The position numbers were made by a program, and so were the translations under genes. The notes beneath the pieces were generated by a model. That model was not told the DNA's origin. It saw only the letters and a list, made by a program, of their open reading frames with translations, and did not search any database. Source: Patescibacteria group bacterium (GTDB taxonomy: Bacteria > Patescibacteriota > Minisyncoccia > Minisyncoccales > RBG-13-42-11). Taken from it: a stretch of 64,000 bases of DNA. Of this stretch, positions 8,879 to 17,878 are shown piece by piece. How positions within the stretch are numbered: the first letter of the stretch is position 1; each line of letters opens with the position of its first letter. Location: the NCBI GenBank assembly GCA_035529635.1, contig DATKWJ010000022.1:1362-65361 (forward strand), given 5' to 3'.

Positions 8879-9751
8879 TCAAGAGGAAATTGGAGGATTC
8901 CAGCCTTTCGGGATTATCGGCAACTCCCCGACTTGGACTTCGATATGTTTCACTTCCGGCTCTTTCCTTATCTCTTTAGCGATAAAATTCTCAATGCTCT
9001 CCAAATTCGGAGTGGCGATGCTCAACATCAGATTATACCTTCCCGAAGTTTTGACCAAATGATAAACCAAGGGAGATTTTTCGAATTTTTCTATCAAGCG
9101 GTTGATGGTTTTGTTGTCGGCTTCGATCTCGATATGAGCCGTGACCGAATAAACTTTTTCCATATTCAATAGCCCCCGGACTTTTAAAACTTCATCGACA
9201 ATCAGTCTTTCCACCCTGTTTTTTATGGCTACCGGACTCAAACCGGTATTCTTGGCGATTTCAACAAAAGGTTTCCGGCCGTCTTCGGAAAGAGCTTGGA
9301 TGATCTTCAAATCCAAACCGTCCAATCTTTCCAAACTCCAGGGGGCGTAAGCGGAATACCCTTCAACAGAAAAGTCGGCCAAGCCCGTCCGGTCGCAAAG
9401 AACGGCGAATTTTATGTCTTTTAACTTCAGACGCTCCTTTTTCGCCCTCATTGTTTCCATCGTTCTCTTATAACTCTTGCCCGAGATAATATCATTGTCG
9501 ATTATCAAGATCTTCCTTCCTTTGAGTTTTTCCTCGTCCAAGTTTCTGCCGTTGTCATCCATGGACGCGAAATTGATTTTTTTGTTTTTAGTGCTCAGCC
9601 ATTGATAGAGGCCCAAGCCGTAAATGAAACCGTCGTCGCCGAGGCCGACGATGCAGCCTTTATCGTTCCTGAAATATCTGGCCACGTCCTTGCCGATGCC
9701 GTCCACCAATTTTTGGATCGGCTTAAGATTTGAAAGAAAATTTTTCTCCAT
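8879..9751 (-). CDS. fusion protein: type-I phosphoribosyltransferase-like domain + Lrp/AsnC HTH + RAM domain
   Basis: 290 aa. The N-terminus has a PRPP-loop-like KILIIDNDIISGKSYKRT. The middle has DLKIIQALSEDGRKPFVEIAKNTGLSPVAIKNRVERL (AsnC-type HTH). The C-terminus has VYSVTAHIEIEADN...LMLSIATPNLESIENF (RAM/ACT-like). Confidence 0.65.
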   Translation of the reverse strand: MEKNFLSNLKPIQKLVDGIGKDVARYFRNDKGCIVGLGDDGFIYGLGLYQWLSTKNKKINFASMDDNGRNLDEEKLKGRKILIIDNDIISGKSYKRTMETMRAKKERLKLKDIKFAVLCDRTGLADFSVEGYSAYAPWSLERLDGLDLKIIQALSEDGRKPFVEIAKNTGLSPVAIKNRVERLIVDEVLKVRGLLNMEKVYSVTAHIEIEADNKTINRLIEKFEKSPLVYHLVKTSGRYNLMLSIATPNLESIENFIAKEIRKEPEVKHIEVQVGELPIIPKGWNPPISS

Positions 9752-10616
9752 ATTTTTTTAAATAATATTTTATTAATTCATCGCGAATTTTAGCGTTGGC
9801 GGCGGCAATTAATAAATCCACTTTATCGTGTTGCCGGCCGGGCAAAAATTCGTAATCTTTATAACTACCGTCCGTATCGATGGTTACGACCGGACAACCC
9901 GCCTTTTTGGCTATTGAAAAGCCGGGGTCTATTTCCGAGCGCGGCTCGTCAAACATGACGTAGGCATCGACCAAGCCGGCGGCCAAAAAAGCGTAGATAA
10001 ACGAACCACCTTGAGGATAAAGCAAAGCTTTGGAATGCATTTCTTTCAAAAGATCTCCGAAAATGTCCAAAAATTTGGTGGAGTATTGCGAACTCATTAT
10101 ATAAGAAGCCAGAACAATCGGTTTTTTCAAACTTTTGTTTTTTGAAGGCATTATTTTATTTTTCCGGCCGGTTTTCAAATCCAAAACGTAATTTCCTTCC
10201 TCGTCGGAAAGATAAAATTTCTCGTTCAAAATGTCGCTGACGCCACAGCAAATAGGATTCTTCTTTTTGTCGAAAAAGCTCAAAACACTGTACCAATTGT
10301 GCTGGAATCCCCTTAAGTAAAGGACTGAACCGTCAAAAGGATCTATTGAACCGTAGATCTCCGGATTTTCCCCGTTAGTTTTGATATCCCGGCCGTCCGG
10401 CTCAGAAAAGATGGTTGCTTTCAATTCGTATTTTTTGACGAGTTTTTCCAAAATTTTCTCTCCCACCCTGTCTATGCCTATTTCAATATCCTCTGGCCTA
10501 TTGATAACCTCTCCCAAAATTTCCCTGCCTTTGCCGCCGGATGCTATTCTTTTAACTTCCTCCGTAACCTGCGTCAAATATTCCACCAGCAGATTTTTTA
10601 TTTTTTTAGATTCCAT
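9723..10616 (-). CDS. inositol-monophosphatase/FBPase-fold phosphatase (possible HisN-like histidinol-phosphatase)
   Basis: Contains the metal-site-like IFSEPDGRD, GSIDPFDGSVLY (compare the WxxDPxDGT motif) and C-terminal EIDPGFSIAKKAGCPV (compare WDxAAG). The ATG at 10616 is preferred; the track start at 10661 is a TTG overlapping hisC. Confidence 0.55.
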   Translation of the reverse strand: MESKKIKNLLVEYLTQVTEEVKRIASGGKGREILGEVINRPEDIEIGIDRVGEKILEKLVKKYELKATIFSEPDGRDIKTNGENPEIYGSIDPFDGSVLYLRGFQHNWYSVLSFFDKKKNPICCGVSDILNEKFYLSDEEGNYVLDLKTGRKNKIMPSKNKSLKKPIVLASYIMSSQYSTKFLDIFGDLLKEMHSKALLYPQGGSFIYAFLAAGLVDAYVMFDEPRSEIDPGFSIAKKAGCPVVTIDTDGSYKDYEFLPGRQHDKVDLLIAAANAKIRDELIKYYLKKYGEKFSFKS

Positions 10617-10657
10617 AATATTATACCCTGTCAATTTTACTCCATCGGAAAAACTTG

Positions 10658-11722
10658 TCAACCCTTTATAGCCTCTTTGAAAATTCCGATAAAACGCTCC
10701 GTTTCTCTTAAGGCGCCGATGCTTACCCTGATGGCTCTGCCGCCGCCGGCGTTTTCTTTTGGCCTCACCAAAACGCCTTTGGCGGCCAATTTTTCGATTA
10801 TTTTTTCTGGATTTTCGACTTTAAGCATCAGAAAATTGGCCGAGCTAGGATAGAAAGGGATTTTCTCCTGCCGCAAGAAATTCTCCAATTTCGGTTTTGA
10901 CGTTTCCATCACTTCCTTGGCGTAATCTTCCATATATTTTATATCCTGCAAAGCCGCCAAAACAGCTGTTTTGGCGAACATATTCACATCGTAAGGCCCC
11001 CTGATTTTAAGCATTTCTTGGATATTCTTTTCCTGGGAAACGAGATAGCCGGCCCTGGTTGAAACCAGGCCGAAAGCCTTGGCGAAGGTTCTGGCAAGGT
11101 AAAGATTGTCGTATTTTTCGATCAAATCTTTAGCCGTAATTTTCGAAAATTCGAAATAGGCCTCGTCGTGCAGGAGAACGATGTCTTTTCTCCTGGCTTT
11201 TTCCAGGATTCTTTCAACTCCAGTAACGGGAGTGGCAATGCCGGTGGGATTGCTGGGGTTGGAAAAGATTATCAGTTTCACCTTTTCATCATCCATCAAT
11301 TCCAGAATCTCTTCCAAGGGAAGCTTGCCTTCCTCCCTGTATCTCGGCTCCAGAATTTCAGCCCCCTGAATTCCGGCTGATTGGTAATGCATGGCGAACT
11401 CCGGAAAAGGAATGATAACTTTATCCCCTTCTTCAAGATAAGCCCGGCAGACAACGTCAATCGCCTGGTCGCCGCCGTTGGTCGCCATAGCCTGGCCTGT
11501 TTTTACCCCGGCATATTCGGCGATTTTTTCCTCCAAATTCCCGTATTCCGGATAAATCTGCAGCCTGTCGGCATCAATGAATTTTTTAAGAGCTTCTTTG
11601 ACTTTCGGAGACGGACCGCCGGTCCTTTCGTTGAAATCCAAAAGCAAATAATTCTTTTCCGACCTGCCTTCCAAAGGAGGCTTGTAATGACTCATTTTTC
11701 TGATCCGCTCTTTTATGGCCAT
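10658..11722 (-). CDS. hisC: histidinol-phosphate aminotransferase (class-II PLP aminotransferase)
   Basis: 354 aa with FSNPSNPTG and PLP-lysine region RTFAKAFGL. Starts 1 nt after the hisB stop. Confidence 0.8.
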   Translation of the reverse strand: MAIKERIRKMSHYKPPLEGRSEKNYLLLDFNERTGGPSPKVKEALKKFIDADRLQIYPEYGNLEEKIAEYAGVKTGQAMATNGGDQAIDVVCRAYLEEGDKVIIPFPEFAMHYQSAGIQGAEILEPRYREEGKLPLEEILELMDDEKVKLIIFSNPSNPTGIATPVTGVERILEKARRKDIVLLHDEAYFEFSKITAKDLIEKYDNLYLARTFAKAFGLVSTRAGYLVSQEKNIQEMLKIRGPYDVNMFAKTAVLAALQDIKYMEDYAKEVMETSKPKLENFLRQEKIPFYPSSANFLMLKVENPEKIIEKLAAKGVLVRPKENAGGGRAIRVSIGALRETERFIGIFKEAIKG

Positions 11723-11723
11723 A

Positions 11724-12314
11724 TCAGATTAAACCCTTGGTCGAGGGCAGTTCTTTTAAAATTCTTTTTTCCTTAGAACAGGCCGTTTTCATAGCTTTGC
11801 CGAAAGCCTTGAAAATCGATTCCGCCTTGTGATGCTCGTTTTCACCGTACAAAACCCTGAAATGGATGGTGGCTGCCAAATGTCTGGCAAATCCCCAGAA
11901 AAATTCTTTAATCAAATCTGCGTCCAAATTTCCTATTTTGTCTTTTTTGAATTTGCAATCGAAATTCAGGAAAGCCCGGCCGGATATGTCGACAACCGCC
12001 ACTGAAAGGGCTTCATCCAAAGGGAAAACATAATAACCGGCGCGGTTTATCCCTTTTTTGTCTCCTAAAGCGTTTTTAAAAGCTTCCCCGAGGCAAATGC
12101 CGATGTCTTCCACTGTATGATGCTGGTCTATTTCGATATCGCCCTTGGCTTCCAATTTCAAATCAAAAAGCCCGTGCTTGGCGAAATTATTAAGAAGGTG
12201 GTTTAAGAACGGAATAGGGGTAGCAACAACGGTTTTGCCTTTCCCGTCGATGTTTAATTCTATTTTTATGTCCGTTTCTTTGGTTTTTCTTTGGAAAAAC
12301 GATTTTCTCGGCAT
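11724..12314 (-). CDS. hisB: imidazoleglycerol-phosphate dehydratase
   Basis: 196 aa with RKTKETDIKIELNIDGKG, DQHHTVEDIGICLGEAF and GENEHHKAESIFKAFG, the classic IGPD motifs. Confidence 0.9.
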   Translation of the reverse strand: MPRKSFFQRKTKETDIKIELNIDGKGKTVVATPIPFLNHLLNNFAKHGLFDLKLEAKGDIEIDQHHTVEDIGICLGEAFKNALGDKKGINRAGYYVFPLDEALSVAVVDISGRAFLNFDCKFKKDKIGNLDADLIKEFFWGFARHLAATIHFRVLYGENEHHKAESIFKAFGKAMKTACSKEKRILKELPSTKGLI

Positions 12315-12366
12315 AATATATTATCTTAACAAAATTTCGGACAAGATTCAAACTCTGCGTCCATCC

Positions 12367-12396
12367 TTGACAAAACTCCCAATAATACCATATAAT
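12367..12396 (+). promoter_or_regulatory. sigma70-type promoter for the HAD hydrolase gene
   Basis: TTGACA (12367-12372), 18-nt spacer, TATAAT (12391-12396). An AAGGAG SD at 12435-12440 precedes the ATG at 12449. Confidence 0.5.
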
Positions 12397-12448
12397 AAAC
12401 TATCAGTTTTTTAACAATCAGAAAAACGAATTAAAAGGAGTATAGGAA

Positions 12449-13231
12449 ATGAAAAAGAATATCAGATTCATCCTGATCGACATTGACGACTGTCTTCTGC
12501 CGACAGACGGCCGGTTTCACCTCAATTATTTTACCGGCCTGCCGGAAGTCGCCCACTGCGTAAAAAAAGCGGAAAGAGGGGAAATCCCGCCAATCGGCTT
12601 TTGTACCGGTAGAGACAGAAATTACGTGGAAGCGGTTGCTTTCTCCCTTCTTCTGCCGAATTCCTGGTCGATAATCGAAAGTGGCATTTCTCTTTTCAAT
12701 CCGTTCACTAAAGAAATGCTTCTCAATCCGATGCTGACTCCGGAAATCGAAGAAGCTTTCCGCAGAATCAAACAGGAAAGGCTGCCTCAAATTCTGAATA
12801 AATTCCCCGGACTTTTCAACTATCCGGGAAATATCATCAACATCGCTTTGGAACGACGAAACGGCATGGAACTCGACATCGAAGAGTGCTACGAAGCGGT
12901 GGCTAAAGAGTTTGACGATCTGGTTTCGCAGGATTTGGTCACCATTCATCACTCAAACTCAGCTGTTGACATCAGTCCCCAGGGGATCGACAAAGCGGCT
13001 GGCATAAAGTTTCTGGCTGAAAAAACCGGAATAACTCCCGCCCAAATGCTGGGTATCGGCGATTCAAGAGGAGACTTTCCTATGCTAAGGATAGTCGGTT
13101 CATCCGGCTGTCCGTCCAACGCTTCGGAAGAATGCAAAAAATTAATAGGGAAAAAAGGAGGATATATTTCCCCCCATCAATATGCCAAGGGCGTGGCCGA
13201 CGTCCTTGACCATTATTTCAACAAGGGTTAG
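12449..13231 (+). CDS. HAD-superfamily (IIB-like) hydrolase/phosphatase
   Basis: 260 aa with motif I ILIDIDDCLL, motif II FCTGR and motif IV GIGDSRGDFPML. Confidence 0.7.
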   Translation: MKKNIRFILIDIDDCLLPTDGRFHLNYFTGLPEVAHCVKKAERGEIPPIGFCTGRDRNYVEAVAFSLLLPNSWSIIESGISLFNPFTKEMLLNPMLTPEIEEAFRRIKQERLPQILNKFPGLFNYPGNIINIALERRNGMELDIEECYEAVAKEFDDLVSQDLVTIHHSNSAVDISPQGIDKAAGIKFLAEKTGITPAQMLGIGDSRGDFPMLRIVGSSGCPSNASEECKKLIGKKGGYISPHQYAKGVADVLDHYFNKG

Positions 13232-14204
13232 AGATTCTAACCCTTGTTATTTTATAAAGAGACTCGATGCCTTCAGCCCGATCTAAAACATATTTTCGAA
13301 AATACTTTTTTTCTTTTCTTCCGGTTGAACTAAAATATTTGACCGCTCCCCACCAAAACATAACTAAAACGTTGGTTAAAGCGCCGTAATATATCTTGCC
13401 GTCGTCCAGATCCTTCCCGTATATCTTTTTGGCTTCTTTTAAAAACTTTTCGAAATTTTCAATGATTATCGGGTTTTTATGGAAAAGATTTCCCCCTAAA
13501 ATGATTCCCAAATCGTAATGAAGGCCGTCCCGGATATTCAAGCCGGCGTATTCGAAATCTATCAGATAAACTTTTCCGTTTTTATCCAATATCAGATTCT
13601 CGAAAATGAGATCATTATGAGTCGAAATTTTTCCGCCGAATTCGAGGTTTTTCTCGACGATTTTCCCGATTTTTTCTATTATCCTGATTTTTTCATCGCC
13701 GACCAGTTTTCCCAAAGGATATTTTTTCGCCTTTTTCCTGTATTTCTGCACTTCATCCCGAAAAACGTCGTAGCTGTTGATGAACTTAACCTTGCTCGAA
13801 TGAAAAGCGTGCAGCGTCTTCAATAAAGCTCGCCTGATTCCGGGATTTCCCAAATCTTTGCCGTTTATTTCCCTGCCTTCAATGTATTTCGTTATCATCG
13901 TGCCATCAGGAAAGTTTATTCTTCCGGCCGGTTTCAGAATATTTTTCCTTTTATAAACGTAAAGAAAACATTCAGGAACGACGCCCTTTAATTTTTTACA
14001 CCTGTTAATGGCCAAAATATTTCCGGCTTCCGTTTTCCTGTCAACGATATCCGTTCTTTCCCAAGGGAATCTGACGAAAAATTTTTCGCGGCCGCATTTA
14101 ACAATCCAGTTCCTGTTGGTCTGCCCGCCGGCTTTTTCAATTTTAATTTTTTCCGACCGCCAATCTTTATCCAATCGAGAAATTAATTTAATATCTTTAA
14201 GCAT
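13218..14204 (-). CDS. choline/ethanolamine-kinase-family (APH fold) small-molecule kinase
   Basis: 328 aa with the Brenner motif and DFE region STHNDLIFENLILDKNGKVYLIDFEYAG. Confidence 0.7.
   Translation of the reverse strand: MLKDIKLISRLDKDWRSEKIKIEKAGGQTNRNWIVKCGREKFFVRFPWERTDIVDRKTEAGNILAINRCKKLKGVVPECFLYVYKRKNILKPAGRINFPDGTMITKYIEGREINGKDLGNPGIRRALLKTLHAFHSSKVKFINSYDVFRDEVQKYRKKAKKYPLGKLVGDEKIRIIEKIGKIVEKNLEFGGKISTHNDLIFENLILDKNGKVYLIDFEYAGLNIRDGLHYDLGIILGGNLFHKNPIIIENFEKFLKEAKKIYGKDLDDGKIYYGALTNVLVMFWWGAVKYFSSTGRKEKKYFRKYVLDRAEGIESLYKITRVRISNPC
13220..13248. terminator. bidirectional terminator hairpin shared by convergent genes
   Basis: AACAAGGGTTAG-AGATT-CTAACCCTTGTT is a perfect 12-bp stem followed by ATTTTA. 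It contains the stop codons of both the HAD gene (+) and the kinase gene (-). Confidence 0.6.
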
Positions 14205-14226
14205 CTTTTATTTTAGCTTCAACGTT

Positions 14227-14255
14227 TTGTTTTATTTTCTTAAAAATTCTAAAAT
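14227..14255 (+). promoter_or_regulatory. candidate promoter abutting the rtcA start
   Basis: TTGTTT (14227-14232), 17-nt spacer, TAAAAT (14250-14255), then only 8 nt to the ATG at 14264. No SD is visible. Confidence 0.35.
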
Positions 14256-14263
14256 GGAATATC

Positions 14264-15298
14264 ATGCTGGAAATAGACGGCTCCGTCGGGGGCCAAGTTT
14301 TAAGAACCGCCTGCGCTCTCTCGGCAATAACCAAGCAGCCTTGCCGTATTTTCCATATCCGCCGGAATCGGCCCAAGCCCGGTTTAATGCCCCAGCATCT
14401 TCTGGGAATACAGGCTCTGGCCGAGCTTTGCCGTGGCCGTTTAGAAGGAGACAGGCTTAATTCCGAAGAAATCAATTTCTGGCCAACGGAAATCGTGGCC
14501 AAAAACCTGCACCTGAAAATTGAAACCGCCGGCAGTATCACTCTGATGCTACAGACTTTGCTTCCCCTGTCTCTGGTAACAGCCGAACCGATGAAAATAA
14601 TTTTTGAAGGCGGTGCGACCGACACTTTCTTTTCGCCGACTATTGATTATTTCCGCTGCGTCTTTTTAAAAATCTTGGAAAAAACGGGGATCAAGATTGA
14701 AACAGATGTTTTAAAACGGGGCTATTATCCCGAAGGCGGAGCAAAAGTTGAAGTGAAGATTTATCCTTCAAAACTGGAAAAAATCAAGCTGACTGAAAGG
14801 GGAAATCTCAAAAAAATTCTGATGATTTCCGGCGCTGCCGATTCTCTGAAAAGCAAAAAAGTGGCGGAAAGGCAGCTGGCCGGAGTCAAAGAAATCTTCG
14901 GGAAACTGAATCTGCCTTCTGAAGAAAAAATCGAATACTACGAAACACGGTCTCCCGGCAGTCAAATTTGCCTGGCTGCGGAATTCGCTCTCGAATCGAC
15001 TGATACGGCCGCTGTTTTTATGGGAACCGACAATTTGGGTAAACTGGGCAAACGGGCCGAAGACATCGGCAAAGAAGCTGCTTTGGAATTATTGAAAGAA
15101 CAGAAATCCGGAGCTTGTCTGGATAAACACTCAGCCGACCAAATTCTTCTTTATCTGGCTTTGGCCGGCAGCGGCAGTTCTGCGACTGTTTCCGAAATTA
15201 CGGAGCATTGCCTGACCAATATCGGAACAATTGAAAAATTTTTAAAAGGAAAATTCGGGATAAAAAACAATCTGATTATTTGGCAATCCCTAAAATAA
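14264..15298 (+). CDS. rtcA: RNA 3'-terminal phosphate cyclase
   Basis: 344 aa with MLEIDGSVGGQVLRTACALSAITKQPCRIFHIRRNRPKPGLMPQHL and the HSADQIL region containing the catalytic His. Confidence 0.9.
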   Translation: MLEIDGSVGGQVLRTACALSAITKQPCRIFHIRRNRPKPGLMPQHLLGIQALAELCRGRLEGDRLNSEEINFWPTEIVAKNLHLKIETAGSITLMLQTLLPLSLVTAEPMKIIFEGGATDTFFSPTIDYFRCVFLKILEKTGIKIETDVLKRGYYPEGGAKVEVKIYPSKLEKIKLTERGNLKKILMISGAADSLKSKKVAERQLAGVKEIFGKLNLPSEEKIEYYETRSPGSQICLAAEFALESTDTAAVFMGTDNLGKLGKRAEDIGKEAALELLKEQKSGACLDKHSADQILLYLALAGSGSSATVSEITEHCLTNIGTIEKFLKGKFGIKNNLIIWQSLK

Positions 15299-16540
15299 AC
15301 TCTTTTGGCCGGAAACTTCTTTTCTGTCTTCGGGTTGGCCGAAAATCTTGATTTTCCCGTAAACGCCGTCGTAACCCGGCTCTTTGATCACTTTTCCTTC
15401 TCTCACCCTTATTACTGCTTGGCTGATTTCAACAAGGGTGGCGGCTGCCAGTTCTTTTTCGGAAATATTTAGAAGCACCTTGAACTCCGAACCGAATTTT
15501 TCAATCAGGTCTTTATATTCCTTTTCCACCGCTTTGGTGCCGACCGAACAATTTAAGACATCGGCGATTATTTCTCCCAAAGGGACCAAACTTTTAAAAG
15601 GCAGAGACTTTTCCGGGATAAAACCTTCCTCTCTGTCGGCCAATTCTTCAATCCTGTTCAAAACTCCGACCGTCAAAGGTTTGCCGCAAACCGGGCAAAG
15701 GCCGTTATGTTTTTTAGTCTCTTGGGGAGAAAATCTGATTCCGCAGTTCCGGTGGCCGTCAAAGTGATATTTTCCTTCTTCCGGAAAAAATTCAATCGTG
15801 TATAAAAATTCTCGGGAATTTTTTGTTTTGATCGCCTCGACAATTGATTGGTAACCGAGCTCCGTATCAAAAACATTCGCTTCTCTGCCCAGTTTGGCCG
15901 GACTGTGGGCGTCCGAATTCGAAATTAAAGCGATTTTATCCAAATTCGAATTTCTCCAGCTCATCGGCGGGTCTGACGACAAGCCGGTTTCCCCGGCAAA
16001 AATATATTTTGAATATTCTTCAAAACATTCTTCAATCGAATCAAAACCGGATTTCGAACCAAAAAGGGAAAACCAGGGCGTATAAATATGCGCCGGCACG
16101 ACCAGGCAATCCGGCGAAGCGCTTAAAGCGATTTTAGCCAGTTCTTTGGCATCCAATCCCAAGATCGGCCGGCCGTCTGATTTTAAATTGCCTATCCAGT
16201 TGAGCTGGGTATTGATTTTCTCCACTGCCTGAAAATCAGGGGCGAAAATTATAATATGGATTTTCCTTACTTTTCCTCCTTTTGAATATATGCAGCTGAT
16301 TTCAGCGGTTAAAACAAAACGCGTTCCGGAATTTGAGTTCTTTAATTTAAACAAACCTGGCTCGGCAGGTTCTAATTTTTCCTTCAAATTCTCAAGCCAG
16401 GCCGGATGGGTGAAATCTCCCGTCCCCAAAACTTTGATTCCTTTGATTCTGGCGACCGCATCCAGATATTCCAAATCCATCTGAGGGGAAGTGGCTCTTG
16501 AATATTTGGAGTGAATATGAAAATCCGCTATAAACTCCAT
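15290..16540 (-). CDS. endonuclease Q-like PHP-domain protein with Zn ribbon (COG1379-type)
   Basis: 416 aa with N-terminus ADFHIHSKYSRATSPQM...LGTGDFTHPAWL and Zn ribbon CPVCGKPLTVGVLNRIEELADR. Converges on rtcA with a 9-nt overlap. Confidence 0.7.
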   Translation of the reverse strand: MEFIADFHIHSKYSRATSPQMDLEYLDAVARIKGIKVLGTGDFTHPAWLENLKEKLEPAEPGLFKLKNSNSGTRFVLTAEISCIYSKGGKVRKIHIIIFAPDFQAVEKINTQLNWIGNLKSDGRPILGLDAKELAKIALSASPDCLVVPAHIYTPWFSLFGSKSGFDSIEECFEEYSKYIFAGETGLSSDPPMSWRNSNLDKIALISNSDAHSPAKLGREANVFDTELGYQSIVEAIKTKNSREFLYTIEFFPEEGKYHFDGHRNCGIRFSPQETKKHNGLCPVCGKPLTVGVLNRIEELADREEGFIPEKSLPFKSLVPLGEIIADVLNCSVGTKAVEKEYKDLIEKFGSEFKVLLNISEKELAAATLVEISQAVIRVREGKVIKEPGYDGVYGKIKIFGQPEDRKEVSGQKSLF

Positions 16541-16559
16541 CTAGGCTGTTGATATTCGT

Positions 16560-17009
16560 TTATTTTTTCAATATTTTTTCTTCCAGCAGACCCAAGCCGG
16601 CGAAAATTAAGAGAGTTAAAAAAGTTCCTGTAACGGACAAAAAATAAAAGCCCGAACCCACGGCAATGCCGATGCCGGACGCCACCCAGAGGCCGGCGGC
16701 GGTAGTCAACCCCACCATGCCGGAAGATTGCCGGAAAATGACTCCGGCCCCGATAAAGCCGATGCCCACGGCAATCGCCTGGATTATTCTGGAAGGGTCA
16801 AAACTGATGCCTTCTTCAAAAACAAAAAGGCTGAATAAGCGAAAGGAAATTACGGTGAAAAGACAGGAACCCAAAGTCACCAAACTGTAGGTTTGCAGGC
16901 CCGCTTCTTTTCTTTTGAATTCCCTTTCCAAACCGATCAAGCTGCCTAAAAAAGCGGCTAAAAACAACTGAATGATAATTTGAGAACCCTCGTAAAAATC
17001 CATTGTCAA
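16560..17009 (-). CDS. MgtC/SapB-family membrane protein
   Basis: 149 aa with 4-5 TM helices and GLEREFKRKEAGLQTYSLVTLGS, the family signature. Confidence 0.8.
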   Translation of the reverse strand: MTMDFYEGSQIIIQLFLAAFLGSLIGLEREFKRKEAGLQTYSLVTLGSCLFTVISFRLFSLFVFEEGISFDPSRIIQAIAVGIGFIGAGVIFRQSSGMVGLTTAAGLWVASGIGIAVGSGFYFLSVTGTFLTLLIFAGLGLLEEKILKK

Positions 17010-17266
17010 CCTTTGTAAACTTTATACCCTTCCCGAACCTTTTGCTCCACCTTTAAGCCGACAGAATCGCCTTTTTTGGCCTGGTTGATCTTTTGGCGCT
17101 CAACTTCCATGGATTTGACTTCCTGGACGAAGTCGGTTTCTCCGCCGACGATTCTTATGGTTTCTCCCACCTTAAGCTTATCGGAAAGATTGATCACCGC
17201 CACGCCAAGATGGCCGAAATAATGGGTGATTTTTCCTATCGGCTTTTCCTCGGTTTCTTTTGGCAT
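17006..17266 (-). CDS. small beta-barrel protein resembling translation-factor domain II (hypothetical)
   Basis: 86 aa. KITHYFGHLGVAVINLSDKLKVGETIRIVGGETDF...KGDSVGLKV resembles an EF-Tu domain-2-like fold. Its stop forms an ATGA overlap with the MgtC gene. Confidence 0.4.
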   Translation of the reverse strand: MPKETEEKPIGKITHYFGHLGVAVINLSDKLKVGETIRIVGGETDFVQEVKSMEVERQKINQAKKGDSVGLKVEQKVREGYKVYKG

Positions 17267-17293
17267 AAATATTTAGAAATATGTTTTATCGAA

Positions 17294-17872
17294 TTATTGG
17301 TTAAAATCGACCTTTTTGATGCTTGGAGTTGTCTTTTTTTCTTTTTTGATTTGAGCAATCAGTTTTTCCACCAGTTTCTTGGGGTCTTTTTCATAAATGA
17401 TTTTTTTCGATCCCCGATGTGGCCCGGTGGCGATTTTCCTTATTTTATCGGCCATGCCGCCAGTTCCCTCCAAAACGGCAATCGGCTTCTGGATTTCAAA
17501 AGCAGTAACAAACTCATGCAAAGTTCCCATCCGGCCGCAAATGATAATCACGCCGTCAACCGACTTGGTCATAATCACGTTGCGGCCCACGTAGTCGGCA
17601 CCTGTGTAAATCATGACGTTGAAAGGGTCAAGGGGCAGCCGGTAGGTTTTCAAATGGGAAGCTTCGGAAATGGCCGGAGAAAAACCGACGTTAAAACCCC
17701 CTGCTTTTTGGCAGCCCAAAGCGGAAAAATAAGGAACGCCGGTAGTGGCGCCGGTCACCAGAACGCATTTTTTTTTGGCGATTTCCCGGCCGACCTCCTC
17801 GGATAATCTTTTGATATCTTGACAGCAATGGCTGATTTGGGCCGCTCCGGAAACCGCAATTTTATAATTCAT
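17294..17872 (-). CDS. LOG/TIGR00725-family Rossmann-fold protein
   Basis: 192 aa with KIAVSGAA...VLVTGATTGVPYFSALGCQKAGG...VIIICGRMGTLHEF, as in TIGR00725/lysine-decarboxylase-like proteins. Confidence 0.65.
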   Translation of the reverse strand: MNYKIAVSGAAQISHCCQDIKRLSEEVGREIAKKKCVLVTGATTGVPYFSALGCQKAGGFNVGFSPAISEASHLKTYRLPLDPFNVMIYTGADYVGRNVIMTKSVDGVIIICGRMGTLHEFVTAFEIQKPIAVLEGTGGMADKIRKIATGPHRGSKKIIYEKDPKKLVEKLIAQIKKEKKTTPSIKKVDFNQ

Positions 17873-17878
17873 GAATTT

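Noticed and set aside
10617-10640. TTGACA-ggg-TATAAT immediately upstream of the IMPase-like ATG on the minus strand.
   Set aside because: The two hexamers are only 3 nt apart, so they cannot act together as -35 and -10. At most the TATAAT alone is relevant, and it sits only 3 nt from the ATG, too close even for a leaderless start.
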